A stretch of 64,000 bases of DNA from Candidatus Poribacteria bacterium (lineage in GTDB: Bacteria; Poribacteria; WGA-4E; WGA-3G): contig CAXXUA010000005.1 in the NCBI GenBank assembly GCA_963663765.2, positions 1,568,001 to 1,632,000 on the forward strand, written 5' to 3'. This document shows, in pieces, positions 61,790 to 64,000 of this stretch (position 1 is the first letter of the stretch; every line of letters starts with the position of its first letter). The position numbers and the translations under genes are program-made. The notes beneath the pieces were generated by a model. That model did no database searches. It was given only the letters and a program-made list of their open reading frames with translations, and had not been told where the DNA came from.

Positions 61790-63025
61790 ATGCAAAACAA
61801 CCAAAAAACCTCAAATTCCTCAACACGCAAACAGTTCTTCTTCCTCACATATTGCCATACAGTCCTTGATTCTTACGCGACACTCTTTCCACATTTACAA
61901 CCACTATTGATAAATAAGTTTGCAGTAGTGGGTGCGCGAAATAGTTTCGCAGGTGTTCTTATATCCCTCTATAGCATCTTTAGTTCTATCGGACAAGTTT
62001 TCTTCGGTTGGCTGTCAGACAAAGTACAGTCAGTTCATTACATTACCTTTGGGGTCGCTTTTACTGCGATCGGTTTGAGTTTAGTAGGCATAGTTCCCTC
62101 AACATATATGGTATTTCTGTTATTAGCTATCGGAGGAACGGGTGTTGCTGCTTTTCACCCGCAAGCAACCACCTATGCTGGGGCTCTTGCAGCTGAAACA
62201 CGCGGGATGGGTATCTCCATTTTTCTGACTGGTGGAAATATAGGACGCGCTTTAGGACCATTGGTGCTATTGTTTATACCATATCGCTACAACAATGACC
62301 TAAGTCACCTTGTCTGGGAAATGATACCAGGGGTGCTTGTTGCATTGCTTGTTCCGTTTATCCTAAAATTTAAGCACGAACTGGATCTAACCGCGTCTTC
62401 TCGCGTCCTTTCAGAAAAAAGCAACAACCAAAAGGATGCTTTCTGGCAGGTTGCACAACCACATCTCATACCACTGATCGCACTTTTTATTATCGCCTGC
62501 CTCAGAACTGTTACGGGGATTGGATTGGAGAGTTTTCTATCCATTTACCTCGACGATTTAGGATATTCTAACCAAATGCGATCTTTAGTCATTGCTCTAT
62601 ACATCTTTGCGGGTTCAATGGGAATTATGTTGAGTGGATGGGTATTGAGTCGTTTAAACACACTTATATTATTTCTGATTTCACTCGTTTTTGCACCACC
62701 ACTACTCTACCTTTCACTCCATAGCAAAGGTATTGCTTTCCTCATCTTCCTCTTTTTAGGTAACGTAGTCCTGTCAAGTTCCATCACACTTAGCATTATC
62801 TTAGCACAGATGATGCTACGAGGTTATGAAAACATAGCGTCAAGTCTGATGATGGGAGCTTCATGGGGTGTCAGCGGGTTACTCAATCTGATAGTTGGAA
62901 ACTTGGGGGATCGTTTCGGATTACCAATCGTCTTGGATGGATTGGTGATGGTGCCATTGGTGGTCGCACCTCTTCTGTTTTTCTTACGAAAACAACCCGA
63001 TTTGTCAAATCAGGATACGAATTAA
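61790..63025 (+). CDS. MFS transporter (Fsr-like)
   Basis: FGWLSDK, GVAAFHPQA, GGNIGRALGP. Confidence 0.88.
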   Translation: MQNNQKTSNSSTRKQFFFLTYCHTVLDSYATLFPHLQPLLINKFAVVGARNSFAGVLISLYSIFSSIGQVFFGWLSDKVQSVHYITFGVAFTAIGLSLVGIVPSTYMVFLLLAIGGTGVAAFHPQATTYAGALAAETRGMGISIFLTGGNIGRALGPLVLLFIPYRYNNDLSHLVWEMIPGVLVALLVPFILKFKHELDLTASSRVLSEKSNNQKDAFWQVAQPHLIPLIALFIIACLRTVTGIGLESFLSIYLDDLGYSNQMRSLVIALYIFAGSMGIMLSGWVLSRLNTLILFLISLVFAPPLLYLSLHSKGIAFLIFLFLGNVVLSSSITLSIILAQMMLRGYENIASSLMMGASWGVSGLLNLIVGNLGDRFGLPIVLDGLVMVPLVVAPLLFFLRKQPDLSNQDTN

Positions 63026-64000
63026 AAAGTCCACAAGACACTCAAAAAATGTGTATTGATTAGATCACCGATGAGAAGCGCGTAATCCAGATGAAACTGT
63101 TTCAACTGGATGCCGATGCCACTTGTCAAACGGCTATCACGCACACCGACCCTTAGTGCCAATGGGGGTGAGAGTTGGTATTCTATACCAAAATGTGTTT
63201 GTCCTCCGTAACGCTCCTGCCATTGATACGTGAGTATCATATCCCGATTAAATAATAGTTTTGAAAAAAATGCTACACCTAAATTCAGATTAGCAGGAAT
63301 TGACTCTTTATCTGCTGACACCGTATTCCAAGTCAAAGTCGTCTGGGATATATCTTGAAGATTAACACCAAAAGCAAATCCTCCAACCTTCTCTAGACCA
63401 AATAGAGCATTCATATCAGGGAGACGAAATAGCATACCAGCATCAAACCCGTAACCACTGCTACCATAGTTATTGTAGAGAGAGGTTATCTCATCAAGTT
63501 CACCTACACCACTTAATCGTTGAACGATTCCCTTAACATTTATTCCGAGTAGAAATTCTGGAGGAACAGAATCCCTGCCAAAATTATCCCACCACGATTG
63601 ACTTACAGCAAACCGTGTTGCGAGAGAGAAGATAAACGCATTTTCACTGTCATTCAGATATCCGGATGGGATAAAGTCTTCTTCCGTAGGACGGTATCTT
63701 GCGTTATTTTTCCGTTGGTCAGCACTAATTTCCGGATCAAACGCAGGTACATCATAATAAATTGGAATATCGTCTATACCAGCACGTAGCCACGACAAAC
63801 CGACAGTCACATGCGGTATAAACTTCCCAATACCGCTAACGTAACTAAATGCACCCAATCCTGATCTACGTGTGGCATGCATCATACAGACTTGATATTT
63901 ATGTGAACCCCCCGCAATCCCTGCTGGATTCCAATAAGTCGCTGTAGCATCGTCGGCAATGCTCACATAAGCACCACCAAGTCCAAGTGCGCGTGCGCCA
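63022..64000 (-). CDS. PorV / FadL-like outer-membrane beta-barrel (5' end outside window)
   Basis: Frame extends past the ORF call: GARALGLGGAYVSIADDATATYWNPAG; C-terminal WTF. Confidence 0.75.
   Translation of the reverse strand, partial: GARALGLGGAYVSIADDATATYWNPAGIAGGSHKYQVCMMHATRRSGLGAFSYVSGIGKFIPHVTVGLSWLRAGIDDIPIYYDVPAFDPEISADQRKNNARYRPTEEDFIPSGYLNDSENAFIFSLATRFAVSQSWWDNFGRDSVPPEFLLGINVKGIVQRLSGVGELDEITSLYNNYGSSGYGFDAGMLFRLPDMNALFGLEKVGGFAFGVNLQDISQTTLTWNTVSADKESIPANLNLGVAFFSKLLFNRDMILTYQWQERYGGQTHFGIEYQLSPPLALRVGVRDSRLTSGIGIQLKQFHLDYALLIGDLINTHFLSVLWTF

Overview
AT-rich bacterial chromosomal window from a diderm. The gene content (ECF sigma factor fused to a TM helix and WD40 repeats, WD40 proteins with a 'GAKARxGKG' cap, several PhyH dioxygenases, a sulfatase, a DUF6785-like membrane protein) suggests Candidatus Poribacteria or a relative; this is inference. 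Housekeeping blocks are lpxL-lptC-lptA-lptB-rpoN-hpf, valS, nadB, cydAB and ffh-rpsP-khpA-trmD-rplS-rnhB-yraN (rimM missing). There is one intact IS982-family element with a 7-bp TSD. Intergenic DNA is packed with GTAG/GTGG REP-like hairpins enclosed in at least five families of MITE-like shells, nested up to three layers deep; one shell carries the ends of the IS982 in this window. Most notable: (i) a compact UvrD-like helicase with a complete GIY-YIG nuclease domain inserted in subdomain 1B; (ii) three single-chain MNT-HEPN fusion genes, two as a tandem cassette with conserved ends and divergent interiors, lying where operon partners (coxD, E1 beta) would be expected; (iii) the modular MITE/REP 'matryoshka' system, including hairpin-duplicating insertions and a chimeric element; (iv) recurring tandem duplications that capture the first codons of the downstream gene. 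No rRNA, tRNA or CRISPR array was recognised.
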